Below, one piece after another: positions 29,188-39,718 of a DNA stretch of 64,000 bases. The notes below the pieces were generated by a model. The model ran no database searches. It saw nothing but the letters and a program-made list of their open reading frames with translations, and had not been told where the DNA came from. A program made the translations under genes and the position numbers. The stretch is from positions 10,920 through 74,919 of the forward strand of contig CAWFXG010000039.1 of the NCBI GenBank assembly GCA_963819745.1. Reading direction: 5' to 3'. Within the stretch, counting starts at the first letter, position 1; each line of letters starts with the position of its first letter. This stretch comes from an uncultured Acidobacteriota bacterium. Lineage in GTDB: Bacteria > Acidobacteriota > Terriglobia > Acidiferrales > UBA7541.

Positions 29188-30390
29188 ATGATCGCGGTGC
29201 GCGAAACGCTGTCGGTGGCGATCGACGCGTTGCGCAGCAACAAGATGCGCGCGATTCTGACCTCGCTTGGGGTGATCATCGGAAGCGCCTCGATCGTGCT
29301 GGTGGTTACCGTGGCGCTGACCAGCCAGAAGTATGTTATCGGGCAGATCGAAGCGGTCGGCTCGAACCTGGTGTGGGTGGAGCTGATCAACGCGGGGACC
29401 AAAGGGCAGCCGCTGAGCTACGAGCTGACGCTGGACGATATGAACGCGGTGAGAGCCACGGTGAAGGGCGTGGCCGAAGTTGCGGGCACGCGCGAGCTGC
29501 CGATGTCGGTGGTGGTCGCCGGCCGGGAGCGTCCGGTAAATCTCATCGGAGTGACCGAGGGCTACCAGGCGATTCGCAGACTGGTGATTTTACGCGGGCG
29601 CTATTTTGACGCCGCGGACATGCAGACGCGCAGCAAGTCCTGCCTGATCACGAAACCCGTCGCCGATCGCGTTTTCGGGCTCGACAATCCCATCGGCGGA
29701 TCGATTCGGATGGGAGAGTTGACGTTTACGGTGATTGGAGTCTTCAAGGAGCGGGTGTCGACGTTTGGATTGTCGGAAATCAAGGATGAGTCGGTAATCA
29801 TTCCGCACACGCTCATGAAGTACTACACAGGAGTGGATGTCCTGCGGGTGCTGTATGCGCAGGCGGAAAGCTCGGACGATGTCCCGCGCGTCGAACGGCA
29901 GTTGAAGCAACTGCTGCGAAGCCGGCATCCTGCAGCGGCAGAATACGACGTACAGACACTGGCGGCGATTTTGAGCGCGGCCAAGAATATTTCCCTGGCG
30001 CTAACGATTGTGCTGTTGTTGATCGCTTTCATCGCGCTGCTGATCAGCGGTATCGGGATCATGAACATCATGCTGGTAACGGTTCGAGAGCGGACGCGGG
30101 AAATCGGGATACGCAAGGCCATCGGGGCGCAGCACCGCGCGATCCTGTATCAGTTTTTGTTCGAAGCGTTTCTGATCAGCGGGGGCGGAGCGATCATCGG
30201 GATACTGATCGGGATAGCGATTCCAACGGCGATCCAGCCGCTGCTGCCAGGCAATCTGCGTGTGCCGATTTCCGGAATCAGCGTGCTGGTAGCGTTCGTG
30301 GTTTCGTGCTCGACGGGGCTACTTTTCGGGTACCTGCCGGCGAACCAGGCCGCGCGGCTGCAACCCATCGAGTCTCTGCGGTACGAATAG
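29188..30390 (+). CDS. MacB/FtsX-like ABC permease (no NBD)
   Basis: LRSNKMRAILTSLGVIIG, GIGIMNIMLVTVRERTREIGIRKAIGA and PIESLRYE motifs. Confidence 0.92.
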   Translation: MIAVRETLSVAIDALRSNKMRAILTSLGVIIGSASIVLVVTVALTSQKYVIGQIEAVGSNLVWVELINAGTKGQPLSYELTLDDMNAVRATVKGVAEVAGTRELPMSVVVAGRERPVNLIGVTEGYQAIRRLVILRGRYFDAADMQTRSKSCLITKPVADRVFGLDNPIGGSIRMGELTFTVIGVFKERVSTFGLSEIKDESVIIPHTLMKYYTGVDVLRVLYAQAESSDDVPRVERQLKQLLRSRHPAAAEYDVQTLAAILSAAKNISLALTIVLLLIAFIALLISGIGIMNIMLVTVRERTREIGIRKAIGAQHRAILYQFLFEAFLISGGGAIIGILIGIAIPTAIQPLLPGNLRVPISGISVLVAFVVSCSTGLLFGYLPANQAARLQPIESLRYE

Positions 30391-30435
30391 CATTGTTTCG
30401 CGGCGTCGAGGATGTCGCGTGTCTGGGGTGCATAC

Positions 30436-31785
30436 ATGCGAAACGTAAGCCGAAAAGTTCAGCTCTGGCGGGGAAAATGGCGCGTCGCGGCCATGCTGGC
30501 GGCCAGCCTCGCGGCATGGACGGCGCCGATGGCCGCCGCGCAGGACACCGGAGCCAACGGTGGCGGCGTTCTGCTGACGCTGAAACGCGCCGTGGAGCTG
30601 GCCATGCAAAACAGCCAGGATATTCGCGTGGCGAAACTGCAAGCGCGACTCTCCAATAATTCCGCGATGATTACGCGCGCGCAATTCCTGCCCAATGTGT
30701 ACGCAGGCTCGGGGGCCGGGTACACCTACGGCATTCCGGAAACACCCGGCGGCCGCGCGCCGGCGTTGTTCAGCCTGAGCTACACGGAACAGGTGTTCAA
30801 CGAACCGCTGCGGGGCCAGGCGAAGGAACTGCGCGAGCAGGCGCGCTCGCAGTCCATTCTGCTGGAAGATACGCGCAACAGTGTGATCGCCCGCACCGCA
30901 GCGAGTTACCTGGAACTGGTCATGGTGCGACATTCGCTGGAGCTGTTGCGCAAGGAGCAGGAAAGCGCGCAGAGCATCGCGGACGTCACACAGGAGCGCG
31001 AAAAAGAAAACCTGGAGCTGCCGGTGGAAGTGACGCGGGCGCAACTGACGAAAGCCAAGGTGGCGCAGCGCATTTTGCAACTGGAGAGCCGCCAGGACGA
31101 ACTGGAAGTATTTCTGCGCAGCCAGACGGGACTGGCGGCGGATACGCCGCTGGAAGTGAATCCCGAGGATTTGCCGGGTGAAGCGGAGCAAGAAGGAGCC
31201 AACCTGGTGGCGATGGCGATGCAGAGCAATACTTCGCTGTTGGCCAGCCAAGCCGACGTGCGCGCCAAGGAATACCGGCTGATCGGAGAAAAGCGGGGGT
31301 ATTATCCGACGCTGGAATTCGTCAGCGTGTACAGCGTGCTGGCGCGTTTCAATAATTATGATCAATTTTTCCGGACTTTTCAGCGGAACAATTTCAATGC
31401 GGGAGTGCAGGTGCAGGTGCCGTTGTTCAGCGCGCAGACCCGGGCGAACATCGCGCTGGCGCAGGTGAACCTGGATGTGGCCAAAGCCAATCTGGAGGGC
31501 AAGAAGACCGAAGTGAGCGCGGCAGTCCGGCAAAAGACGCGGCACCTGCGCGAGCGGGAAGCCGCCAAGGAAGTGACGCGGCTGGAGCTGCAACTGGCGC
31601 AACAGAATGTCGCGGTGCTGCAATCGCAATTCGGGGAAGGAAAAGTGAACCTGCGCGAAGTGGAAAAAGCCAGGCTGGAAGAAAACGAAAAATGGATGGC
31701 GTATCTCGATGCCAATTTCCAGCGGCAGCAGGCGCAGCTGGATTTGTTGCAGACCGCCGGGCAGCTGGACAAGGTGTGGCAGTAG
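30436..31785 (+). CDS. TolC family outer-membrane protein
   Basis: LTLKRAVELAMQNS, YYPTL and VQVPLF motifs; long coiled coils. Confidence 0.85.
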   Translation: MRNVSRKVQLWRGKWRVAAMLAASLAAWTAPMAAAQDTGANGGGVLLTLKRAVELAMQNSQDIRVAKLQARLSNNSAMITRAQFLPNVYAGSGAGYTYGIPETPGGRAPALFSLSYTEQVFNEPLRGQAKELREQARSQSILLEDTRNSVIARTAASYLELVMVRHSLELLRKEQESAQSIADVTQEREKENLELPVEVTRAQLTKAKVAQRILQLESRQDELEVFLRSQTGLAADTPLEVNPEDLPGEAEQEGANLVAMAMQSNTSLLASQADVRAKEYRLIGEKRGYYPTLEFVSVYSVLARFNNYDQFFRTFQRNNFNAGVQVQVPLFSAQTRANIALAQVNLDVAKANLEGKKTEVSAAVRQKTRHLREREAAKEVTRLELQLAQQNVAVLQSQFGEGKVNLREVEKARLEENEKWMAYLDANFQRQQAQLDLLQTAGQLDKVWQ

Positions 31786-31797
31786 CGCAGAAGGCTG

Positions 31798-33170
31798 TTG
31801 GGGAGTGAAACCGGTTTGCAGCTCGATCAGAAAACACTGGCAATCTTTCTGGAAGCAGCGAAAAAGCTGGACGGCGGATTTGCGGCGCTTCCGGGGTACG
31901 AAGCACAAACTCCCGGGGTAGAGCGGCTGAGCGAAGTACTGGAAGCGGCGGCGATTCGCCTGCACGACAACTATCCCTATTTCCACCCGCTGTATGCCGG
32001 ACAAATGCTCAAGCCGCCGCATCCCGTGGCGCGCCTGGCATACGCGCTGGCGATGTGGATCAATCCGAACAATCACGCGCTGGACGGAGGGCGCGCCACG
32101 TCCGCGATGGAGAAAGAAGCGGTGGCGGAAATCGCGGCGATGTTCGGTTGGAGGAGTTTTCTCGGACACTTGTGCGGCGGCGGCACGATGGCCAACCTGG
32201 AAGCGTTGTGGGTTGCGGGCCAGTTGCAAACTGGCAAGAAAATTCTGGCGAGCACACAGGCGCATTACACGCATGGCCGCATCAGCGGGGTGCTGCGCCT
32301 GGAGTTTGAAGGTGTCCCGGTCGATGGGTATGGCCGCATGGATTTGAATGGCCTGGAAAAACTTGCGGCCCGCGGCGACGTCGGAACGGTCGTTGCAACG
32401 CTGGGCACCACGGCGACGGGTTCGGTCGATCCGTTGCCGGAAATTCTGGCACTGCGGGATCGGTTTGGGTTTCGGGTGCACGTGGACGCCGCGTACGGCG
32501 GATATTTTGCGCTGGCAAGCAATCTGGGCGAGCACGCGAGAAGCGCCTTTGCCCGCATCAGCGAAGCGGATTCCATCGTCATCGATCCGCACAAGCATGG
32601 GCTGCAGCCGTACGGGTGCGGTTGCGTGCTTTTTCGCGATCCGGCAGTGGGGAGGTTGTACAAGCACGAGTCTCCCTATACGTATTTCAGCTCGGCGGAG
32701 CTGCATCTCGGCGAGATCAGCCTGGAATGCTCGCGGCCCGGCGCGGCGGCAGCCGCGCTGTGGGCCACGCAAAGACTGCTGCCGCTAGTACGCGGCGGGG
32801 AATTCGCCCGGGATTGGAGCGCGGCAGGGAAGCGGCGATGGCTTTTCACGAAAGGCTGAAATTGGACCGGCGGTTCGTTCCGGGATTCGCTCCAGAGCTC
32901 GACATTGTAGTTTTCGCGCTGAGTGCGCCTGGGGCCGCAAAGTCCTCCGCGTTGTGCCGGAAGGTGTTTGCGGCGGCCGCGCGCCGGGATCTGCATCTCG
33001 CGGTGGCGGACTTGCCGTCGGCATTTTTCGGCGGCGAGCCAGCGGACACCGGGACACGGACGGTGTTGCGATCGGTCTTGATGAAGCCGGAACATTTGGA
33101 TTGGCTCGATCGGATCTGGGGGATTCTGGACGTCGCCGCGGAAGAGTGCGGCGCAAGCCGCGAGCGCTAA
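31798..33170 (+). pseudogene. Group II PLP-dependent decarboxylase with one -1 frameshift at a G-run (probably a read error)
   Basis: GGGTMANL, HVDAAYGG, IDPHKHG; continues as GLERGREAA..LRSVLMKPEH in another frame after about 32812. Confidence 0.85.
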
Positions 33171-33610
33171 GCGCGGATTTCTCGAGCGACGTCTGCGATA
33201 TAGGGCTCGGCAAGGTACAGCAATCCCGCGGATTGCACCAAAGCTCGAGCCTGCTGGAACTCATCTTCTGGAACCCAGCAACCCTGTGCGTCCTTAGCGC
33301 CGGGTCCGGACAAGCCGGATTGCGTCCAGAGGAACTTGGCATGAAGCTTCCTTGCGGTGGTGATGATTTGCGGGAGCTCCACGAAGGGCCGATGGGCGTA
33401 AATCAGATCTGAGCGCTCCGGCGCGTGGCCAAGGGGGCGAACCTGGACCCTTCCGTCGTGCGCTTGGTAGACGGAATAATCTTTTGTGCCGGGACCTCCA
33501 CGGACGATGACGCGAAAGCCGGCAAGGGCGAGGGATTCGGGGACATCTTTGCTGGGCCAGTCGATCACCAGAATGGTGTCAACGGTTGCGAGGACTTCTT
33601 TTGCATTCAC
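33167..33610 (-). CDS. CoA-binding-like Rossmann protein
   Basis: AKEVLATVDTILVI, DLIYAHRP, LWTQSG, AGL.Y pattern resembles YccU-type CoA-binding proteins. Confidence 0.55.
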   Translation of the reverse strand: MNAKEVLATVDTILVIDWPSKDVPESLALAGFRVIVRGGPGTKDYSVYQAHDGRVQVRPLGHAPERSDLIYAHRPFVELPQIITTARKLHAKFLWTQSGLSGPGAKDAQGCWVPEDEFQQARALVQSAGLLYLAEPYIADVAREIRA

Positions 33611-33898
33611 AGCGGGCCTCTTGAATAGGGACGATGGCTGAACATTTCGCGATCGACCCATTCTCCCTTGTTTTCAGTTAGATGGACGCGCCATTCAATG
33701 CTGTAGTTAGCATTTCGCGCCAGAAATACGACCATTGAGGGAAAGGGTTGGAGCGCTGCTCGGAACTTCGGTAAACTATTACCCAGGCTACGTGGGTCTG
33801 TTTTAGGGGGCGATGCGGCTGGTAGGCCGCCGATCTGGTCGATAAGCCGAAATTTGAACAACTGACAAGCCCATTTTGAAAAGGCTGAGGGTGACAGA

Positions 33899-35398
33899 AT
33901 GCCGGATGTTATGAAGACTTTGCTGTTGAATCCGCCGAGTTTTGAGAACTTCGACGGCGGAGCGAGTTCGCGGTGGCCCGCGACGCGGGAAATCGAGTCG
34001 TATTGGTACCCGGTGTGGTTGACCTATCCCGCCGGAATGATACCGGGAAGCCGGTTGCTGGACGCTTCGCCGCACAAGGTGAACTGGCAGCAGACGGTGC
34101 AAATCTGCAAGGACTATGAGTTTCTGGTTCTTTTTACGTCGACGGTGGGCTTCGAGAGCGACGTCAAGCTGATCCGCAAGATCAAGGAAACCAATCCAAG
34201 CCTGAAAATCGCTTTTGTGGGTCCGCACGGGCACATCAAGCCGGACGAGACGCTGCAGGCCAGCGAAGATATCGATTTCGTGACGCGCGGGGAGTTCGAC
34301 CACTCGGTGGTGGAGTATGCACACGGCAAACCGCTGGAGCAGATTCAGGGCGTCAGCTTCCTGAAAGACGGCAAAGTGGTGCACAACGCGGCGCAGCCGC
34401 AACTGCACACCGAAGAACTGGACGCGCTGCCGTTCGCGACGGACATTTACAAGCGGGACCTGCAAATCGAGCGCTACAACGTGCCGTTCCTGCTGCACCC
34501 GTACGTTTCGTTCTACACCACGCGGGGATGCCCGGCGCTGTGCACTTTCTGCATGTGGCCGCAAACGATTTCCGGTCATGCCTGGCGCACGCGTTCGACG
34601 GCAAACGTGGAACGGGAAGTGGCCCAGGCGATCGAGTATTTCCCGCAGATGAAGGAAATCTTTTTCGACGACGATACGTTCAATATCCGAAAAGACCGGG
34701 TCATAGACCTGGCGGCGCGATTCAAGAAGCTGAAATTCCGCTGGTCCTCGACGGCGCGTGTGCACAGCGACTACGAAACGCTAAAAGCGATGGCCGACGG
34801 CGGAGCGCGGCTGTTCATCGTGGGTTTCGAGTCCGGCGACGCGCAAATCCTGAAGAACATCAAGAAGGGCGCGACGGTGGAAATGGCGCGCACCTTCATG
34901 AAGAACTGCCGGAAGGTCGGCATCCGGGTGCATGGCGACTTCATCATCGGGCTCCCGGGCGAAACGCGGGAAACCATTCAAAAGACGATCGATTTCGCGA
35001 AGGAACTAGATTGCGAAACGATCCAGGTGTCGCTGGCGCACGCCATGCCCGGCACGGAACTGCACGATTCGATGGCGAAAGAAGGCTTCCTGAAAGTGGA
35101 AGCGCTGGCGGATTCGGGTGGGCACCAGTTGCCACACATCGAGTATCCGCACCTGTCGAAAGCGGAGATGATGGGTGGCGTGAACCGCTTTTACGACGAG
35201 TACTACTTCCGGCCGAAAGTGGTGTGGCGCATCGTGAAGGAAGCGCTGTGGGACGGCAACGAGCGCAAGCGGCTGTACCACGAAGCAGTGGACTTCCTGA
35301 AGCTGCGTTCGGAGCGATGGAAGTGGGTGCAGCAGGGCGGCGACATCGAGAAGCCGATGGTCGCGGTGCCGGGAAGCACGGCTTCCGGAAACGACTAA
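33899..35398 (+). CDS. hpnJ: Hopanoid biosynthesis-associated radical SAM protein HpnJ
   Basis: MKTLLLNPPSFENFDGGASSRWPATREI, RGCPALCTFCMWPQT (CxxxCxxC), FFDDDTF. Confidence 0.92.
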   Translation: MPDVMKTLLLNPPSFENFDGGASSRWPATREIESYWYPVWLTYPAGMIPGSRLLDASPHKVNWQQTVQICKDYEFLVLFTSTVGFESDVKLIRKIKETNPSLKIAFVGPHGHIKPDETLQASEDIDFVTRGEFDHSVVEYAHGKPLEQIQGVSFLKDGKVVHNAAQPQLHTEELDALPFATDIYKRDLQIERYNVPFLLHPYVSFYTTRGCPALCTFCMWPQTISGHAWRTRSTANVEREVAQAIEYFPQMKEIFFDDDTFNIRKDRVIDLAARFKKLKFRWSSTARVHSDYETLKAMADGGARLFIVGFESGDAQILKNIKKGATVEMARTFMKNCRKVGIRVHGDFIIGLPGETRETIQKTIDFAKELDCETIQVSLAHAMPGTELHDSMAKEGFLKVEALADSGGHQLPHIEYPHLSKAEMMGGVNRFYDEYYFRPKVVWRIVKEALWDGNERKRLYHEAVDFLKLRSERWKWVQQGGDIEKPMVAVPGSTASGND

Positions 35399-35407
35399 CC
35401 CGAAAAG

Positions 35408-35836
35408 ATGAAACGCGAAGTACGGCTGCGGATCAAGACGCTGGTCATGATCCTCCTGATGGTGGTGTGCGCGAACACCGGCGATTTGCTGCTGAAGCGG
35501 GGGATGACGGAGATCGGCGCGGTCTCTTTGTCCGCGGCGGGCCTGAAGCACGCGTTTCTGCTGACGGTGACCAATGGAACGATCTGGCTGGGCATATTGT
35601 TCCTGATCGGCTTTACCGTCAGCTACATGACGGTGATGAGCTGGGCGGACTACAGTTACGTAATGCCTGCCGGAGCGTTCGGGTACGCGTTGCTGACGTT
35701 GCTGGCGGTAATTTTTCTGCATGAGAGGGTATCTCCACGCCGGTGGATTGGCGTGGTTCTGATCTGCGTCGGCGTACTGCTGGTAAGCCAGACGAAGCCG
35801 CGAACGACGGAAGCGGTGCAGCAGGTGGCGGCGTGA
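35408..35836 (+). CDS. EamA/DMT (ArnE/F-like) small transporter
   Basis: 4 TM; GDLLLKRGM, SWADYSYVMP and LHERVSPRRWIG motifs. Confidence 0.82.
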   Translation: MKREVRLRIKTLVMILLMVVCANTGDLLLKRGMTEIGAVSLSAAGLKHAFLLTVTNGTIWLGILFLIGFTVSYMTVMSWADYSYVMPAGAFGYALLTLLAVIFLHERVSPRRWIGVVLICVGVLLVSQTKPRTTEAVQQVAA

Positions 35837-36207
35837 TTCGGGACCTGGTGGTATTTGTCCTGTTTCTCCTGGGCAGCACGGGCGGGGAGATTGCGGTCAC
35901 CTACGGGATGAAGCAGACCGGAGAGCCGGAACGCATGCGGCCGCGGGCTTTGCTGGTTTTCCTGGGACGCGCGCTGCGCAACGTGTGGTTTTGGGTAGGG
36001 ATTCCGCAACTGGCGCTGTCGTTTTACCTTTTGCTGCTGCTGTTGTCCTGGGCGCCGATCAGCCTGGTGATTCCGGCGTCGGCCCTAAATCCTTACGTTT
36101 TAGGAACTTTGGCGGCGAAGTACATTCTGGGTGAACAAATCAGCCCACGAAGATGGGCGGGAGTGACGCTGGTGTGCGCCGGAGTGGCGTTGGTGGCATT
36201 GAGCTGA
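35833..36207 (+). CDS. EamA/DMT (ArnE/F-like) small transporter, second subunit
   Basis: GTG overlaps the previous stop; LSWAPISLVIPASAL, LGEQISPRRWAG. Confidence 0.82.
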   Translation: MIRDLVVFVLFLLGSTGGEIAVTYGMKQTGEPERMRPRALLVFLGRALRNVWFWVGIPQLALSFYLLLLLLSWAPISLVIPASALNPYVLGTLAAKYILGEQISPRRWAGVTLVCAGVALVALS

Positions 36208-36226
36208 AATGGAAGCGCCGGGAGGG

Positions 36227-36318
36227 CCCCCCCCCTATTTCTTGTAAGTGCGGAATATAAAAGACTTAAGAGGGCCTAGATGGATACACATACATAAGTG
36301 TTCCTTATAAAGGGCTTA
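36227..36318 (+). repeat. Dispersed intergenic element, copy 3 (C9 tract, two TAAGT-N14-RCTTA boxes, 50-bp period)
   Basis: TAAGTGCGGAATATAAAAGACTTA (36245-36268) and TAAGTGTTCCTTATAAAGGGCTTA (36295-36318). Confidence 0.75.
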
Positions 36319-36373
36319 GCGGCGACTGGTTGTTGTGTATTTGGGTACTAAGGCAGTAACTTGCTTGAGCGGT

Positions 36374-36402
36374 ATTATACGGCACCGTCGATTTTGAGTC
36401 AA
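36374..36402 (-). promoter_or_regulatory. Orphan near-consensus sigma70 promoter TTGACT-N17-TATAAT pointing into the repeat element
   Basis: Plus strand ATTATA at 36374-36379 and AGTCAA at 36397-36402; spacer 17. Confidence 0.65.
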
Positions 36403-36489
36403 TAGGAATCGATTGTTCCTTGAAGATGGCCACAGCGAACTGGAACGTCCTGAAAGCCCACCCGATCCGATCGCAACTCCAGCAAATCC

Positions 36490-38316
36490 TTAAGGATGGA
36501 TAGAGCTGTTCGAAGCGGGTCGATTGGTGAAGACGAATTTGCCGCCGGAGTGGGCTACGTCCTCGGTGGGGCCAAGATGGGAAAGGAATGAGCGGCGGTC
36601 TTCCGAGCCAGTGACGAAGAAGACCCGGTGAGGGCCAGCCCAGGTTTCCGCGAAGCTGGAGTCATCGAGGAAGATGGCGGGAGCGTCCGGAAAGAGCGAG
36701 CCGAACCAGAGGCCGTTGATACGGCCATTGAAGATGAGCAGGCGGCGCCCGGTGTAAAAGCCGACGGAGGAAGCATTGGCGTATTCGCCGTCACAGACGA
36801 TCCGATCATCCGGCTCAAGATTGCGCTGGATGGCGGCCGCGAGTGGCTGCGAGCCCAGCACCGGGTAGAAAACGCCCAGGGCGATATGCGCGCACTCGAG
36901 GAAGGCGCAAGCGAGGAGGGCGAGGGCGAAATTCGCGGCGCGAGGCATGCCGCGACGGCGAAGGAGCCAGTTCAGGCCGCCTCCGAGGAGAAAGGCGCAG
37001 GCGGTGCCGACGAGAGGACTGCGGAAGAGACCCATGGCACTGCCGGTGAGATCGAGGAAATGGCCCAGAGAGAGCACGTAGGCTTCGGGATTCTTGTTGA
37101 GGAGGTCGACCAGCTCAACGCCAGGCGGCGGAGAATGGGAAATGACGGCGAAAGTCAGAGTGACGGCAGCAATGAGCAGGCTGAAGACCAGGAATACGGA
37201 AGCGGAGATGCGACCGGAGCGAGCCGGCTGGCTTCCGAAAGCGGATTCCGACTCCAAAGCGAGCCAATAACCAACGAGGAGACATAGACCGGGGAGCGCG
37301 GGCGCCAAATAGTATTCCTGGCGAGTGGAAAAGCTGAAGAAGAGAAGGATAACGATGGCCCAGACGAAGAAGAGCAAGAGGGCGGCTTCCGGCGAGGTAC
37401 GCCTGGCGGCGGTATTGGCAAGACGAAGCTGAACGCGGCGAAGGGCTTGCGGGAGAAACGGACTCCAGGGAAGAAGCCAGACGAGGATCATGCCCCAGAA
37501 GAGCAGGAGGGGAAAGGTGCCGTAGTCGACGGGATAGCGCTTGCCGAGGTAGCGAAGGAAGTGCTCGTTCACGAAGTAAAACCAGAGAAATCCTCTGGCT
37601 TGTCCGGCGGCGGGGTTGCGCAGGGCGGCCAGCACGTGCCAGGGAACGGCAACGAGCAGGAAGACGCAGGCGCTGGAAATGAGGCGCATGCGCAGGAGAT
37701 GGCGGAGGTCGCGGGCGAGAAGGAGGAAAACGAAGACAATGGCGCAGGGGAAGACGAGCCCGATGAGTCCCTTGGTGAGGACGTTGAGCGCGACGGTCAG
37801 GGCGAAACCCCAGCAGGAGAAAAGCGAGGGATGCCCGGAGCGCCAGCCGTCGAAGAAGAAGTAAAGGCCGAGAGCGATCCAGGTGCCGACGAGCACATCG
37901 GGAATGAGGATGCGAGTGAAGAGGTAAGGTCCAAAGGAAGTGACGGCAACGATGGCGGACCAAAATCCAGCTTCGAAGGAGAGAAATTTGCGGCCCATGA
38001 CAAGAAGAATGAAGGCCAGCGCGAGGACGCCAAGAGCTTGCCCGAGGCGCGCCTGCCAAGTGCCGACACCGAAAATTTTGAAACTGACGGCCATGGCCCA
38101 ATAGGGAAGAGGAGCCTTTTCGAGATAGCGGATGCCGTTCATGTGGAGAGTGACCCAGTCGTGGAGGGTGAGCATCTCGCGACCGGCTTCGGCGTGGTCG
38201 GAATCGGCGTCGTCGAAGAGCGGGGGATGAAAGACGCCGGGGCTATAAACGGCACCCCAGAGAAGGACAATGACGAGGATCAGGAGAAGCGGGCGGCGAC
38301 CGTCAAAGATGGTCAT
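36490..38316 (-). CDS. ArnT/PMT-family (GT-C, GT39/83-like) glycosyltransferase
   Basis: LFDDAD..HAEAGREM...DWVTL..NG.RYLEKAPL.YW, LTKGLIG, YF.NEH..RY; many TM helices. Confidence 0.9.
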   Translation of the reverse strand: MTIFDGRRPLLLILVIVLLWGAVYSPGVFHPPLFDDADSDHAEAGREMLTLHDWVTLHMNGIRYLEKAPLPYWAMAVSFKIFGVGTWQARLGQALGVLALAFILLVMGRKFLSFEAGFWSAIVAVTSFGPYLFTRILIPDVLVGTWIALGLYFFFDGWRSGHPSLFSCWGFALTVALNVLTKGLIGLVFPCAIVFVFLLLARDLRHLLRMRLISSACVFLLVAVPWHVLAALRNPAAGQARGFLWFYFVNEHFLRYLGKRYPVDYGTFPLLLFWGMILVWLLPWSPFLPQALRRVQLRLANTAARRTSPEAALLLFFVWAIVILLFFSFSTRQEYYLAPALPGLCLLVGYWLALESESAFGSQPARSGRISASVFLVFSLLIAAVTLTFAVISHSPPPGVELVDLLNKNPEAYVLSLGHFLDLTGSAMGLFRSPLVGTACAFLLGGGLNWLLRRRGMPRAANFALALLACAFLECAHIALGVFYPVLGSQPLAAAIQRNLEPDDRIVCDGEYANASSVGFYTGRRLLIFNGRINGLWFGSLFPDAPAIFLDDSSFAETWAGPHRVFFVTGSEDRRSFLSHLGPTEDVAHSGGKFVFTNRPASNSSIHP

Positions 38317-38466
38317 GCGAGCGAAAAGGAGCGCGCGAAGAGTGCGAAACGACGTGGCAGGCTACTGTGCATGAGAATGGAAAGTGTATCATGCGAGCGG
38401 GAAACGCCGAGCGCGGGGGCGGGCGGTTGAGCTCCTGGCAAATGGAATCCGCAGGGGGCAAAGGGA

Positions 38467-39660
38467 TTGCCGGTGGAAGGCATTTTTTTTGTAGCGCGAG
38501 TCATGGTGCTAGTGCTGGCGCTGGCGCCGTTGGCGAATTCGGTGCTGTCGTTGTACTGCGTGATCGGATATTTCCGGGAAAGGCGGAAAGACCGCGCGCC
38601 GAAGGAAGGGTATGCGCCGCCGGTGAGCATCCTGAAGCCGGTACGCGGAGTGGACCGCGGGGCGTACGAGAATTTTGCAAGCTATTGCCGGGTGGACTAT
38701 CCGGAATATGAATTGGTATTCGCGGTGGCGGAAGCGGGCGATCCGGTGGTGCCGCTGATTGAGAAATTGAAAGCGGAGTTTCCAGCGCAGAAAATCCGGC
38801 TGGTGACGGGGATCGAGCAAATAGGGGAAAACCGGAAAGTGAATAACCTGTGCCGGCTGGTGAAGGAAGCGAAGTACGAGTTGCTGGTGATGTCGGACAG
38901 CGACGCGCGAGTGGGCCGGGAATACCTGCGGACCGTGGTCGCGCCGTTTGAGGGCGATGGGGTGGGTTGCGTGACGTCGTTTGCGAGAGGCGCAGGCGGA
39001 GGAACGCTGGCGGCGGATCTGGATATGCTGGGGATGTGCGCGGATTCGGTGCCGGGAGCAGTGGTGGCGCGAAAACTGGAAGGGAAAGTGCAGTTCGCGT
39101 ACGGCTGGACGATGGCCACGACGAAGAAACGCCTGGCGGAGATCGGTGGGTGGGAAGCGATGGCGAATCATCACTCGGACGATTTCGAGCTGGGGAACCG
39201 GATTGCGGCGAAAGGGTATCGCGTGGAGCTGGTGGATGCGCCGCTGTCGCTGATGTATGGGCCGGAGACGGCGAAAGATTATTTGAGCAAGGAATTACGA
39301 TGGGCGATCGGATTGCGGAATGTGCGGCCAGCGGCGTACGTGGCGATGATTTTTACGCTGGGGCTGCCGTGGGCAGGCGCGGCGGCAGTGGTGGCGTGGA
39401 GCGCGGGGTGGGCGAAGCTGGCGGTGTTTTACGTTGCGGCTTACCTGGTCCTGAGGATGGGAGTGACGTGGGCCGCGGTGCAGGGGCTGAGGGACGAAGC
39501 GATGCGGAGTAAGATCTGGCTGGTGCCGGTGCGCGACACGGTGAACGCGGTATTGTGGGCGGCAGGTTTTTTTACGGACAAGATCCGATGGCGCGGCGTG
39601 GAATATCGGGTGAGGAGCAAGCTGCTGGTGCCGGTGGGCGACGGGGCGAAAGCGAAATGA
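38467..39660 (+). CDS. hpnI: HpnI-type GT2 glycosyltransferase, copy 1 (start may be 38503)
   Basis: PPVSILKPVRG, N.KVNNL, MSDSD, DDFELG and ELRW motifs. Confidence 0.85.
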   Translation: MPVEGIFFVARVMVLVLALAPLANSVLSLYCVIGYFRERRKDRAPKEGYAPPVSILKPVRGVDRGAYENFASYCRVDYPEYELVFAVAEAGDPVVPLIEKLKAEFPAQKIRLVTGIEQIGENRKVNNLCRLVKEAKYELLVMSDSDARVGREYLRTVVAPFEGDGVGCVTSFARGAGGGTLAADLDMLGMCADSVPGAVVARKLEGKVQFAYGWTMATTKKRLAEIGGWEAMANHHSDDFELGNRIAAKGYRVELVDAPLSLMYGPETAKDYLSKELRWAIGLRNVRPAAYVAMIFTLGLPWAGAAAVVAWSAGWAKLAVFYVAAYLVLRMGVTWAAVQGLRDEAMRSKIWLVPVRDTVNAVLWAAGFFTDKIRWRGVEYRVRSKLLVPVGDGAKAK

Positions 39661-39718
39661 TCGGGCGCGAAGGTGCGGGGGTTGTTGCGAGATCTGGCGG
39701 GCGGATGCGAAGGGCAAT

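Noticed and set aside
30319-32772. Long antisense ORFs (817 aa here; also 19339..20991, 23100..24611, 46169..47866 and others)
   Set aside because: Shadow frames of well-supported genes in high-GC DNA; Arg-rich with no motifs.
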